Shown here: positions 40,546-50,449 of the stretch, one piece after another | Numbering within the stretch: the stretch's first letter is position 1 | How the letters are laid out: every line of letters starts with the position of its first letter | NCBI GenBank assembly: GCA_040222015.1 | Contig: JAVJWO010000176.1 | Span: 18,173 to 82,172, forward strand | Direction of reading: 5' to 3' | DNA from: Coleofasciculus chthonoplastes F2-STO-03 | GTDB taxonomy: Bacteria > Cyanobacteriota > Cyanobacteriia > Cyanobacteriales > Coleofasciculaceae | Length of the DNA stretch: 64,000 bases | Made by a program: the position numbers and the translations under genes | Notes under the pieces: generated by a model | Seen by the model: the letters and a program-made list of their open reading frames with translations, nothing else | The model's database searches: none | Told to the model about the DNA's origin: nothing

Positions 40546-43500
40546 CACTTCCCTATATCAAGTCGGTGGAAGCTTGCACAAAGATGCTCCCACCTATGTT
40601 CAACGAAAAGCCGATCGCGAACTGTATCATGCTCTAAAACAGGGTGAGTTTTGCTATGTTCTCAACTGTCGGCAAATGGGAAAATCGTCTCTATTAGTTC
40701 AAACCCACCATCGCTTGCAAGAAGAAGGATTCCAATGTGCCACGCTTGATATGACCATGATAGGTTCGGAAACGATTACGCCTGATCAGTGGTATAAGGG
40801 ATTAGTTCTGGATTTAACTCGCAAATTTAAACTGTTTAAAACGGTTAATTTAAAAAAATGGTGGCAGGAGCAAGAAGATATTTCGTTGCCTCAGCGATTT
40901 AATAAATTTATCAGCGAAATCCTTTTAACTCAATTCCCCAACCAAAATATAATTATATTTATCGATGAAATTGATAGTATTTTAAGCTTGAATTTTCCTA
41001 TTGATGACTTTTTTGCCCTAATTCGGTTTTGTTATAATCAACGTAGTCTAGAATCTGACTACAATCGCCTCACCTTTGTTATCTTTGGTGTCGCTACACC
41101 CAGCGATTTAATTGCCGACAAAAAGCGCACGCCATTTAATATTGGCAAAGCCATAGAACTGCACGGCTTTCAACTGGACGAAGCCCAACCCTTAACCCAA
41201 GGATTCAGCCAACAATTTGCTAAACCTGAAGCCATTATTAAAGAAATATTAGCCTGGACAGGAGGACAGCCTTTTTTAACCCAAAAGCTATGTCAACTGG
41301 TGCTAGACGTGGCGCAAAATACAGTGAGAGATGATCTAAAAATTCCACCGGGTACTGAAGCCTTTTGGGTGGAATCCGTGGTACGCGATCGCATCATTCA
41401 GCATTGGGAGTCTCAGGATGAGCCAGAACACCTCCGTACCGTCCGCGATCGCCTGTTGAGAAACGAAGCACGGGCGAGTCGATTACTGGGCATTTATCAA
41501 CAAATTTTACAGGGGATTGATATTGCCACCGATGATAGTCGTGAACAAACAGAATTACTTTTATCGGGCTTAGTCGTCAAAGAACAAGGAATATTAAAGG
41601 TAAAAAATCGCATTTATCCAGCCGTTTTTAACCTGGACTGGGTTGAAAAACAATTAAACCATCTACGCCCTTACTCTCAAGCCTTATCTGCTTGGATTAC
41701 CTCCCAATTTCAGGATTCATCACGACTCTTGCGGGGACAAGCATTAAAAGATGCCCAAAACTGGTCTCAGGACAAAAGTTTAAGTGACTTAGATTATCAA
41801 TTCTTAGCCGCCAGTCAAATCTGCGATCGCAATGAAGTACAACAGCAGATAGAAGCCGAACGCATCAAGGAAGTGGAAGCCCGACTAATCGCTGAACGTC
41901 AGATAGCGAAAAAGCAGCGATTACTCTTAGTAACCTTTGCGGCAATGTTAGTTATTGTCAGTGGATTGGCTGGCGCAATTCTGGTGCAAAACCGCAGGTT
42001 AGCCATTAGTGAAATTGAGGCAATTACTACGTCTTCAGAAGCACTATTTGCCCTCGATCAACGATTAGAGGCATTAATCGCCGCCCTGCGAGCCAAACAG
42101 AAAGTACAAGCCTTAGGTCGAGTGGATACCCAGACCAAAAATTCGGTTGAAACAGTGCTACGAAAGGCAGTGTATGGTGTCAGAGAACATAACCGCCTCT
42201 CTGGTCATCACCAGCAAGTCCATGATGTAACATTTAGTCCTGATGGTTTAATAATTGCTTCAGCAGGTGACGATAAAACGATTAAGCTTTGGCAACCTGA
42301 TGGAACGTTATTAACTACATTTCAAGCACACAGCGATACAATCAAAAGCGTAACCTTTAGCCCAGATAGTCAACTCATTGCTTCGGCGAGTCAGGATAAA
42401 ACCGTAAAACTATGGCGGAGTGATGGCACATTAGTTGCTACACTGAATGGGCATAATGCTCAAGTAAATAGTGTCACCTTTAGTCCGAATGGTCAGATGT
42501 TGGTGTCTGGGAGTGATGATCAGACAATCAGACTTTGGACAATTGATCAGACTTGCATGAATTTAGCAGACAAGGTAGATGAGGGAGATAGGGGAGATGA
42601 GGGCGGGTTTAGTAACATTAGGGTGACAACAAATGATCAGCTTGAAACCCGCCCCTACACAAAATTTAAAATCATGCCATCGAGGGTTGCAAAGGGTCAA
42701 AACCATTCCCTCGAACGAATTGAAGGAGCGCCCAATCCCCAAGAATGCTTTATTTCTAGAATTATCAAAGGGCATCGCGGAGAAGTTCGCAGTGTAGTCT
42801 TTAGTCCTGATGGTCAATACTTTGCCTCTGCCAGTTGGGATGATACTATCAAACTTTGGACACCTCAGGGTATGTTACTGAAAACTCTCAAAGGTCATGA
42901 TGCTGGCGTGAATTATGTAACCATTAGTACCAATGGTCAACTTGTGGCTTCAAGTTCGATAGATGGAACCGTCAAACTCTGGCAACCTGATGGAATATTA
43001 CGGAGAACGTTAACCGGACATACGGATGGAGTTTTTGGTTTAGCATTTAGTTCCGATAGTCAAACCCTTGCTTCTGTAAGTTGGGATCAAACCGTTAGAC
43101 TTTGGCAAACAGATGGAACCGAACTCACTGTTTTGAAAGGGCATAAAAATGGACTCTGGGCGGTGGCATTTAGCCCCGATGGTCAAATGTTGGCGTCTGC
43201 GAGTTTGGATGGCACCATTAAACTTTGGACGCCGGAAAAAACTTTGTTAACCTTTCTCCAAGGACATCAGGATGCAGTTTGGGGTGTTGATTTTAGTCCG
43301 GATAGTCAAACTCTGGTTTCTGGGAGTTGGGATGGTGCGATAAAACTTTGGCGACGTGATGGTCAGGTGTTGGCGTCTTTTGATGGGCATGATGAAGCCG
43401 TGTTCGATGTTGCTGTTGCTCCCAAAATGAATGCGAATTCCCCCTCTAAAAATGATAGGGTTAAGAAGAAAGGAAAGAATCAAGGCAATAGCGAAACCGT

Positions 43501-44314
43501 TAAATCACTGCTAATCAATGAGTTAATGATTGCCTCAGCCAGTGAAGATAAAACGATAAAACTTTGGCAGGGTGATGGGAGTTTATTGAAAACATTACGG
43601 GGACATAGCAGCGCGGTTTTTAGTGTCGCTTTTAGCCAAAATGGTCAGTTACTTGCCTCTGGAAGTGGTGATAAAACTGTCAAACTTTGGACACGAGATG
43701 GTAAATTGCAGAAAACTTTAACTGGACATAATGGAGGGGTTTTCAGTGTAGCATTTAGTCCAGATGGTCAGTTGATTGCCTCTGGAGGTGAAGATAAAAC
43801 GATTAAACTTTGGACAAGGGAGGGCACATTGTTGAAAACCTTAACCGGACATGGTGATAGTATTCTTGGTTTAGCCTTTAGTCCCGATAGTCAACGCCTT
43901 GCCTCTGCCAGTTGGGATAATACGATAAAACTTTGGACAAGGGAGGGCATCTTACTCGCCACTCTAGAGGGGCATCGCGATCGCGTCAACGATATTGCAT
44001 TTAGTCCCGATGGGCAACTTCTGGCGTCTGCGGGTTTAGATAAGACGGTTAAGCTGTGGCGCAATGACGGTACACTGCTAGTCACGTTAGAAGCCCATCG
44101 CGATCGCGTCTACGATATCACCTTTAGTCCCGATGGTCGCACCCTTGCCTCTGCTAGTGTAGACAAAAGCGTAATTTTGTGGGATTTAGAGCGAGTTGTT
44201 AATCTTGATCAGGTTTGGGCGTTTGGTTGTGATTGGGTACAGGACTATCTGCGGACAAATGTCAACGTTAAGGAACAGGACAAAAAAGTTTGTGACAACG
44301 TTAGTAACCCTTAA
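40538..44314 (+). CDS. AAA_35 NTPase + TM + WD40 repeat protein
   Basis: [45 protein letters not shown], over a dozen WD40 repeats. Confidence 0.92.
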   Translation: MTNTSLYQVGGSLHKDAPTYVQRKADRELYHALKQGEFCYVLNCRQMGKSSLLVQTHHRLQEEGFQCATLDMTMIGSETITPDQWYKGLVLDLTRKFKLFKTVNLKKWWQEQEDISLPQRFNKFISEILLTQFPNQNIIIFIDEIDSILSLNFPIDDFFALIRFCYNQRSLESDYNRLTFVIFGVATPSDLIADKKRTPFNIGKAIELHGFQLDEAQPLTQGFSQQFAKPEAIIKEILAWTGGQPFLTQKLCQLVLDVAQNTVRDDLKIPPGTEAFWVESVVRDRIIQHWESQDEPEHLRTVRDRLLRNEARASRLLGIYQQILQGIDIATDDSREQTELLLSGLVVKEQGILKVKNRIYPAVFNLDWVEKQLNHLRPYSQALSAWITSQFQDSSRLLRGQALKDAQNWSQDKSLSDLDYQFLAASQICDRNEVQQQIEAERIKEVEARLIAERQIAKKQRLLLVTFAAMLVIVSGLAGAILVQNRRLAISEIEAITTSSEALFALDQRLEALIAALRAKQKVQALGRVDTQTKNSVETVLRKAVYGVREHNRLSGHHQQVHDVTFSPDGLIIASAGDDKTIKLWQPDGTLLTTFQAHSDTIKSVTFSPDSQLIASASQDKTVKLWRSDGTLVATLNGHNAQVNSVTFSPNGQMLVSGSDDQTIRLWTIDQTCMNLADKVDEGDRGDEGGFSNIRVTTNDQLETRPYTKFKIMPSRVAKGQNHSLERIEGAPNPQECFISRIIKGHRGEVRSVVFSPDGQYFASASWDDTIKLWTPQGMLLKTLKGHDAGVNYVTISTNGQLVASSSIDGTVKLWQPDGILRRTLTGHTDGVFGLAFSSDSQTLASVSWDQTVRLWQTDGTELTVLKGHKNGLWAVAFSPDGQMLASASLDGTIKLWTPEKTLLTFLQGHQDAVWGVDFSPDSQTLVSGSWDGAIKLWRRDGQVLASFDGHDEAVFDVAVAPKMNANSPSKNDRVKKKGKNQGNSETVKSLLINELMIASASEDKTIKLWQGDGSLLKTLRGHSSAVFSVAFSQNGQLLASGSGDKTVKLWTRDGKLQKTLTGHNGGVFSVAFSPDGQLIASGGEDKTIKLWTREGTLLKTLTGHGDSILGLAFSPDSQRLASASWDNTIKLWTREGILLATLEGHRDRVNDIAFSPDGQLLASAGLDKTVKLWRNDGTLLVTLEAHRDRVYDITFSPDGRTLASASVDKSVILWDLERVVNLDQVWAFGCDWVQDYLRTNVNVKEQDKKVCDNVSNP

Positions 44315-44440
44315 CGCCGCAGGCGTTTAAGTAGGTGGGGACAATTAAAGTTAAATTTCATCTAGACTAGCTATATATTTTTTATCAATGCAGTGTGGTC
44401 ATTCAGAACAAAAAACTTATAACTTTATCACTTCTATAGT

Positions 44441-44950
44441 ATGGATATTCTAACCAAGCTGGCTAATCGCCGTTATTTTGACCAAAAACTTGAACAAGAG
44501 TGGCATCATTTAAATGTCGAACAGTCTCCTCTATCCTTGATTTTGTGTGATATTGATTGTTTCAAAACCTACAACGAAATCTATGGCATAGCAGCGGGCG
44601 ATGAGTGCTTACAACGCATTGCCGATTGCCTACGTCGCTGTGTCAAACGGACAACAGATGTCGTGGCGCGTTATGGGGGAGAAGAATTTGCCATTCTTTT
44701 ACCTCATACGAATGCCATGGGAGCGTTTCAGGTTGCTGAAAAGATGCGAGAGAAAATCAAATCCCAAGGCATTGAATTTAAACCGCCTGACCCGTTCAAT
44801 TTACCCGCGCCTGTTGTCACCGTTAGTTTTGGCGTTGCCTGTCTGGTTGACCCCCATACTGACATTGATACCTTGATTATGGCGGCAAATCAAGCCCTTT
44901 ATCTATCGAAACAGCAAGGACGCGATCGCGTTACCCTGAGTTCAGTATAA
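44441..44950 (+). CDS. Stand-alone GGDEF diguanylate cyclase
   Basis: LTKLANRRYF, DIDCFK, RTTD I-site, RYGGEEF. Confidence 0.9.
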   Translation: MDILTKLANRRYFDQKLEQEWHHLNVEQSPLSLILCDIDCFKTYNEIYGIAAGDECLQRIADCLRRCVKRTTDVVARYGGEEFAILLPHTNAMGAFQVAEKMREKIKSQGIEFKPPDPFNLPAPVVTVSFGVACLVDPHTDIDTLIMAANQALYLSKQQGRDRVTLSSV

Positions 44951-45070
44951 GAAGGACGAATGACATAAAATGTAAACAAATATTGCGACTATTTTTAAAA
45001 TATGTTGAGAAATGCGCCAAACCTCAAATACGGTCTTATCCTTGGAACTTAAAGAAATGTGTCGAGGTTG

Positions 45071-45385
45071 ATGATGGAACAATTTAACAAATATCGCTTG
45101 ATCTGCACCCTGAGTTTTGGCGATATCTATGGACAAATCATTGCGTGGTTAATCGTCATTTTCATAAGTCTTGCCTCTGCACTGGCGTTGTGGAGTGCCG
45201 ATCGCCAAATTTATGCGTTGGCAACGGTGGGATTAGTCTTGGTCTTATCTTTGCCCTTTTTACTTTTTGCCTTTGTGACCACATTGCTGAATCATATTGA
45301 AATATTAGCAATGGATGAGCAGGAAACAACGGCTGCCGATCGCAGCAGTCGCGGTGCATCCCAACCGGCTCAGGCAACGAGCTAG
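45071..45385 (+). CDS. Conserved small membrane protein
   Basis: CTLSFGDIYGQII followed by two hydrophobic helices. Confidence 0.7.
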   Translation: MMEQFNKYRLICTLSFGDIYGQIIAWLIVIFISLASALALWSADRQIYALATVGLVLVLSLPFLLFAFVTTLLNHIEILAMDEQETTAADRSSRGASQPAQATS

Positions 45386-45562
45386 TACCAGAAGGCTCTA
45401 AGATCAGAGTAACTTTTCACAGGATGTGGTGTTTCTGTAGGGGCGGGTTTCACCACTATCTTTTCGGTTGCAACCGGATGTAACTAAACCCGCCCCGACT
45501 TTTGGTAGGGAATTTTTGTAATCAGTCACTATAGATAACAGCAGAAATTCAATCGAGTTGAG

Positions 45563-47290
45563 ATGCAAGAACACGATGTCATTATTGTCGGCGGTGGTTT
45601 AGCCGGGTGTCGGGCGGCGTTGGAAATTAAACGCACTGATCCGAAGCTGAATGTGGCACTGGTTGCCAAAACCCATCCCATTCGTTCCCACTCCGTTGCG
45701 GCGCAAGGGGGAATGGCGGCGACGCTGAAAAATGTGGATGCGGAGGATACCTGGGAAGCCCACGCTTTTGATACGGTTAAGGGTTCCGATTATCTGGCGG
45801 ATCAAGATGCGGTGGAAATTCTCACCCGCGAAGCCCCGGATGTGGTGATTGATTTAGAACATCTGGGGGTACTCTTTTCCCGCTTACCCGATGGTCGCAT
45901 TGCCCAACGTGCCTTTGGGGGTCATTCCCATCGCCGTACCTGCTATGCGGCTGATAAAACGGGTCATGCGATTCTTCATGAACTGGTGAGTAATCTCCGC
46001 AAGAATAACGTAACCGTGTACGAAGAATGGTACGTCATGCGGCTGATTTTAGAAGATGGGCAGGCAAAAGGGGTGGTAATGTTCAACCTCCTCACCACTC
46101 ACCTGCAAGTGGTACGGGCAAAAGCGGTGATGTTTGCCACCGGGGGATATGGACGGGTGTTTAATACCACCTCCAATGATTTTGCCTCGACAGGGGATGG
46201 TTTAGCCATGTCCGCGTTGGCGGGGATACCGTTGGAGGATATGGAGTTTGTCCAATTTCATCCGACGGGGTTGTATCCTGTGGGAGTGTTAATTTCCGAA
46301 GCGGTACGAGGTGAAGGGGCGTATTTAATTAATAGTGAAGGCGATCGCTTCATGGCAAATTATGCCCCCAGTAAAATGGAACTCGCCCCACGAGATATTA
46401 CCTCACGCGCGATCGCATTGGAAATTCGTGCAGGTCGCGGGGTGCATCCCGATGGGAATCCTGGAGGTCCTTGTATCTATCTGGATTTGCGACACATGGG
46501 CAAAGAAAAGATCATGAGTCGGATTCCCTTCTGTTGGGAAGAAGCCCACCGACTTGTCGGCGTTGATGCCGTATATGAACCCATGCCCGTGCGTCCTACC
46601 GCCCATTATTCCATGGGTGGCATTCCCGTCAATACCGATGGACAGGTGCGAAGTGGACCCGATGGATTGGTTGAAGGGTTTTTTGCGGCTGGAGAATCGG
46701 CTTGTGTCTCGGTTCACGGTGCCAATCGCTTGGGGAGTAATTCCCTGCTAGAATGCGTGGTTTACGGCAAACGAACCGGGGCTGCGATCGCGCAATATAT
46801 TCAAAACCGCAAATTACCCGACATTGATGAGCAACTCTATCTCAATGCTGCCCAGAATAAGATTAATACGTTGCTCGGTCAATCCGGAAGCCTACGAATC
46901 GACGGGCTGCGTCAAAACTTCCAAGACTGTATGACTCAATACTGCGGCGTCTTCCGCACCGAGGCATTAATGCAGGAAGGATTGAATCAACTGCAACAGT
47001 TGAAACAACAGTACCAAAATATCTATTTAGATGACAAAGGAAGCTGCTGGAACACGGAATTAATCGAAGCATTGGAACTGCGGAATCTGATGGTGGTTGG
47101 GGAAATCATTCTCACCTCTGCCTTGAATCGCCAAGAAAGTCGCGGTGCCCATTCTCGCGAAGATTATCCCCAACGGGATGATACCAACTTCTTGAAGCAT
47201 ACCTTGGCATACTATTCCTCAGCCGGAATTGATTTGCAGTATAAATCGGTGGCGATGACCCGATTTGAACCCCAAGAACGCAAATATTAG
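45563..47290 (+). CDS. sdhA: Succinate dehydrogenase/fumarate reductase flavoprotein subunit
   Basis: GGGLAG, RSHSVAAQGG, QFHPTG, HGANRLGSNSL, ESRGAH. Confidence 0.96.
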   Translation: MQEHDVIIVGGGLAGCRAALEIKRTDPKLNVALVAKTHPIRSHSVAAQGGMAATLKNVDAEDTWEAHAFDTVKGSDYLADQDAVEILTREAPDVVIDLEHLGVLFSRLPDGRIAQRAFGGHSHRRTCYAADKTGHAILHELVSNLRKNNVTVYEEWYVMRLILEDGQAKGVVMFNLLTTHLQVVRAKAVMFATGGYGRVFNTTSNDFASTGDGLAMSALAGIPLEDMEFVQFHPTGLYPVGVLISEAVRGEGAYLINSEGDRFMANYAPSKMELAPRDITSRAIALEIRAGRGVHPDGNPGGPCIYLDLRHMGKEKIMSRIPFCWEEAHRLVGVDAVYEPMPVRPTAHYSMGGIPVNTDGQVRSGPDGLVEGFFAAGESACVSVHGANRLGSNSLLECVVYGKRTGAAIAQYIQNRKLPDIDEQLYLNAAQNKINTLLGQSGSLRIDGLRQNFQDCMTQYCGVFRTEALMQEGLNQLQQLKQQYQNIYLDDKGSCWNTELIEALELRNLMVVGEIILTSALNRQESRGAHSREDYPQRDDTNFLKHTLAYYSSAGIDLQYKSVAMTRFEPQERKY

Positions 47291-47401
47291 GCAGTTCTTG
47301 TTCCCCTTTCCATCCCCCCTAACCCCGCTTTGAAAGGGGAGATGGAGAGGGGCTGGGGGTGAGGGCTGTAGGGGCACCATCCTTGCGCCCTCTCACAACC
47401 G

Positions 47402-47517
47402 TATCCGACTTTAGCTCTTTGTAAATTCTTCCTGATTTCTCTTTGCCCTAAGTTGTAGACCAAGAGACACAAAGTCATAATAAAAAGCATCGTTTCCACT
47501 CTTTGGGGATTTTCGAC
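47402..47517 (-). pseudogene. IS1634-like transposase C-terminal fragment
   Basis: Minus frame VENPQRVETMLFIMTLCLLVYNLGQREIRKNL. Confidence 0.65.
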
Positions 47518-47765
47518 TCTCTAATTCCCAACTATGACCTCATTCTCACCTACGGTGGTGGCGAACCCGTTATCAACGCTTATAAGTCCTTGGGAGCGCG
47601 TGAATGTATCCCGATTTATAATGCCCTTGATGCCACCACTCACTACCCAGTTTCTCCTAACTCTCGATTTACTGGTGACCTAGGTTTCTTAGGGAACCGA
47701 ATGCCAGACCGAGAGACTCGTGTTGAGGAATTTCTCTTTCGTGCAGCGACTCAACTCCCTAACTA
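47518..47765 (+). pseudogene. Internal fragment of CgeB-like glycosyltransferase
   Basis: LIPNYDLILTYGGGEPV..YNALD..DLGFLGNRMPDRETRVEEF, lacking both ends. Confidence 0.65.
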
Positions 47766-47776
47766 TAATAGGAAGT

Positions 47777-48156
47777 ATGAAAGTTTCAGTCACTGGAGAC
47801 AAGACAAGAAAAATAGCAAGTAAAGAGCATAATACCTATGTTGCTGAAGGAGTTGATAGGCACAAAGCCACTCAGACCGCTCCATCTTCATTATTAAAGC
47901 CTTTTCCAGAAGATTTACAACATAGTCTCTTAGCTCGGCAAAAGTCCATAGAAACACAGCTATGTAAGTTTTTTGGCGATCCTTTTTATTGCAATCATGG
48001 ATTTATCCTCTATAAAGGTGACTCAGTGGATTTATTGCAGAAATTAGAGTGGAGCAATATTAAACTTGATCTAACTGTCACCTCTCCACCTTATAATATT
48101 GGCAAAGAATACGAAGAAATAATGTCTGTCGATGAATACATTGGATGGTGTTGTAC
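47777..48156 (+). pseudogene. N-terminal half of N4-C/N6-A DNA methyltransferase truncated by IS
   Basis: LYKGDS..DLTVTSPPYNIGKEYE; frame stops at a TGA inside the IS end. Confidence 0.8.
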
Positions 48157-49622
48157 TTGACGACTCCCACCGTTAAGCTCCTCTCGTCGCTATAACGGGG
48201 GATTCTCGAAGGACATTGATCCTTACTGGCTGCGTCAAACAGACCCTAGACACTTGCTCAAAACTGAGTTTGTGCTTACTTTTAAGACCGATTCCCAAAC
48301 TTCCATTACAATCAGCATTAACAAAATGACCGTTTTTTGTCTTATACAATCCCCGTTTTACTCGTCTGCCAGAAAACTTGGGCTTGACCGGGTTATCGGC
48401 GTTGTAAACAGGCATTTCATCACGGTCAAGGCTAGATGCCCTAGAAGTGTAGGATTCCTCTTGTTCAACGTAGTTCAACCCATATCGTTCACAGAGGCTT
48501 TTCAGCTTGACACGAAGGGTAAAGATAGGAATTTGAACAAAGTTCTGATTGTTGCGTTTTCCCAGTTTAGTTTCTTTTTTAAGAGTGGGGTTGTAGCCCA
48601 CAACAATCGTTCCAATCTTTCTACTAATACAAAAGTTTATGATATACCTCGCTGCTTTGTTGAGGTAGTCATTAACTTGATTTTTGCGTCGATAAGACAG
48701 CCAAGCTTCTTGTTTGGTAAAATGTTTAATTCCTTGTTTATCTTTGTGAGAAACCAGCTTAGCTCGACGTTTGTTAAACCATTGATTTTTGGACTTAAGC
48801 CAACGTCCATCAACAATAAACGATTCGTTGGTAGAACTAACAACAGTAGCCAAATTATTGAGTCCCAAGTCAATAGAAATTGCTTGTTTCTCGCTAACAG
48901 TTATCTGTTCATCGTTCAATTCGTAAACAAATGCAGCATCCAAAAACTTACCTTTTTGTTTTGGCAATATTCGGATTTCCTTGATTCGATACTCTCTAAT
49001 ATTATCAGGAATTGTGATGTAGATAGAGCCATTTTCTCTAGCATATTTGCGAGATGTTGGAATCTTAAACCTCCATTCATCTTTAGCAAAATCATGACGC
49101 TTTCTAATCGGAATAATCAAAGGGAAGAAACCATCTTTTGGCAAATATCTAGGCAAATTAATCTTTTCTTGATACACCCCTTCTTTTTTGATCGAGAGCA
49201 ACTTAAAAAATGCCTTAAAGCATCTATCTACATATTTCAATGTCTGTTGACCACAATCGGTTGCCAAGAGTTGATAATTTTCATTCTCTTTACAAAAATG
49301 ATAGTTAGATTCATAGCTCAAGTATTTTCCTTCTTGAAAGAAATATTGACGAATCATATACAATCCAACATTAAACAAGTTTTTGGACAAATGACACAGA
49401 TTTGCCAATATCTCTTTTTGAGATTTGCTGAGCTTGAGTCTAACTGTTTGAGTCAACCACATAATCGGGTTCCGCTATATGCCCGTTACTTTAGCGGATT
49501 CGCTTCGCTCAGTCAAGTGTTGGTCGGTAATTCCTCTCCCGTTAAGGGTTCGGGGGTACTTGCCTACGGCTGCGATGCGTCCCCCTTACCTATAACGGGA
49601 GTCCCCTTACCGACATTTCAAG
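48157..49622 (-). mobile_element. IS200/IS605-family element carrying tnpB only (IS1341-like)
   Basis: Right end GAATCCCCCGTTA..TAACGGTGGGAGTCGTCAA; left-end hairpin GTCGGTAA..CTCCCGTTA..TAACGGGAG..TTACCGAC; no tnpA. Confidence 0.82.
48173..49462 (-). CDS. tnpB: RNA-guided endonuclease TnpB
   Basis: RuvC-I SIDLGLNN, VVGY with displaced Glu in QEESYTS, RuvC-III NADCNG; RGLY motif. Confidence 0.93.
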   Translation of the reverse strand: MWLTQTVRLKLSKSQKEILANLCHLSKNLFNVGLYMIRQYFFQEGKYLSYESNYHFCKENENYQLLATDCGQQTLKYVDRCFKAFFKLLSIKKEGVYQEKINLPRYLPKDGFFPLIIPIRKRHDFAKDEWRFKIPTSRKYARENGSIYITIPDNIREYRIKEIRILPKQKGKFLDAAFVYELNDEQITVSEKQAISIDLGLNNLATVVSSTNESFIVDGRWLKSKNQWFNKRRAKLVSHKDKQGIKHFTKQEAWLSYRRKNQVNDYLNKAARYIINFCISRKIGTIVVGYNPTLKKETKLGKRNNQNFVQIPIFTLRVKLKSLCERYGLNYVEQEESYTSRASSLDRDEMPVYNADNPVKPKFSGRRVKRGLYKTKNGHFVNADCNGSLGIGLKSKHKLSFEQVSRVCLTQPVRINVLRESPVIATRGA

Positions 49623-50129
49623 ATGGATCAGATACAGGCAGAAATTGAGGCAATTCGCACCCAACTCGAGGCACTACGTCACGAACGGGATGCTCTAAGC
49701 AATCAGGAGGTTCAACCGGAGAATAATTCACCCAAAGCGATCGCGGCGGCTTATCGCCATCAAGCGAGGGTAGCCGCAGAGGTTTCCGCCGAAGTCCAGG
49801 GAATTGATAATGCGATCGCGGCGTTGCAGGCGCAGTTGGAGCAAAAACAGCAACAGCTACAGCCTCTGGCGAAACCTAAGCAAGCCTTAACCTTAGCTGA
49901 TGAGGTAGAGATCGCCACTCAACAGGCTTATGATCATGCCAATCGGATTAACGAACTCGCTACAGAATTGGTGGAAGAACTTAGGGCTTTAAAATCGATC
50001 GCCAATGATATGAGTACCAGCTATTGGCAGTTGCATCACAAGCCGTTTATTACCGGGTTTAAGGGTACGTCTGTTCCCTATCTGCGAGCAGATCAGGGGG
50101 TTTTAATGATTGGCAAAGTCATTATTTAG
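49623..50129 (+). CDS. Coiled-coil hypothetical protein
   Basis: 168-aa ORF with heptad pattern and host-like composition including HIP1 sites. Confidence 0.75.
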   Translation: MDQIQAEIEAIRTQLEALRHERDALSNQEVQPENNSPKAIAAAYRHQARVAAEVSAEVQGIDNAIAALQAQLEQKQQQLQPLAKPKQALTLADEVEIATQQAYDHANRINELATELVEELRALKSIANDMSTSYWQLHHKPFITGFKGTSVPYLRADQGVLMIGKVII

Positions 50130-50415
50130 GGTCTGCTGAATAAGTTTTGTGGTGAGGATAGGGAACTCACCCGCAGGGAATAGAGAACGGGGAATGGTGG
50201 TAGTAGTGCGAGCGTCTCGCTCGCTATTTGTCTGGGTTTTTATCTATTTATATATTATATATAGCAATAGACATATCGATTAGGACGTTCGGCACCATTG
50301 TAGAGACGCGCCATGGCGCGTCTGGAACATAAATGATGTGTCCTAACAGCCATTGCGGTTGCTATAACTACTTAATCCATTAGTTGTGTTTTTCCGACTT
50401 ATTCAGCAGACCCTA
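50127..50415. mobile_element. MITE with TIR GGGTCTGCTGAATAAG containing a nested TATAGCAA MITE (50260-50366)
   Basis: TA-GGGTCTGCTGAATAAG ... CTTATTCAGCAGACCC-TA. Confidence 0.8.
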
Positions 50416-50449
50416 TTTATTATTGACTGACATTAATATTTGTGACTTT

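Noticed and set aside
47720..48160. Functional restriction-modification system
   Set aside because: The MTase lacks its SAM-binding half and no endonuclease partner is adjacent
48173..49462. TnpB as catalytically dead (no Glu in VVGY) or as a Cas12
   Set aside because: Glu in QEESYTS fits the known rearranged RuvC-II type; IS ends are present and there is no CRISPR array
48254..49648. 464-aa antisense ORF as an annotated CDS
   Set aside because: No recognisable domain or RBS and the composition mirrors tnpB codons; kept only as a finding
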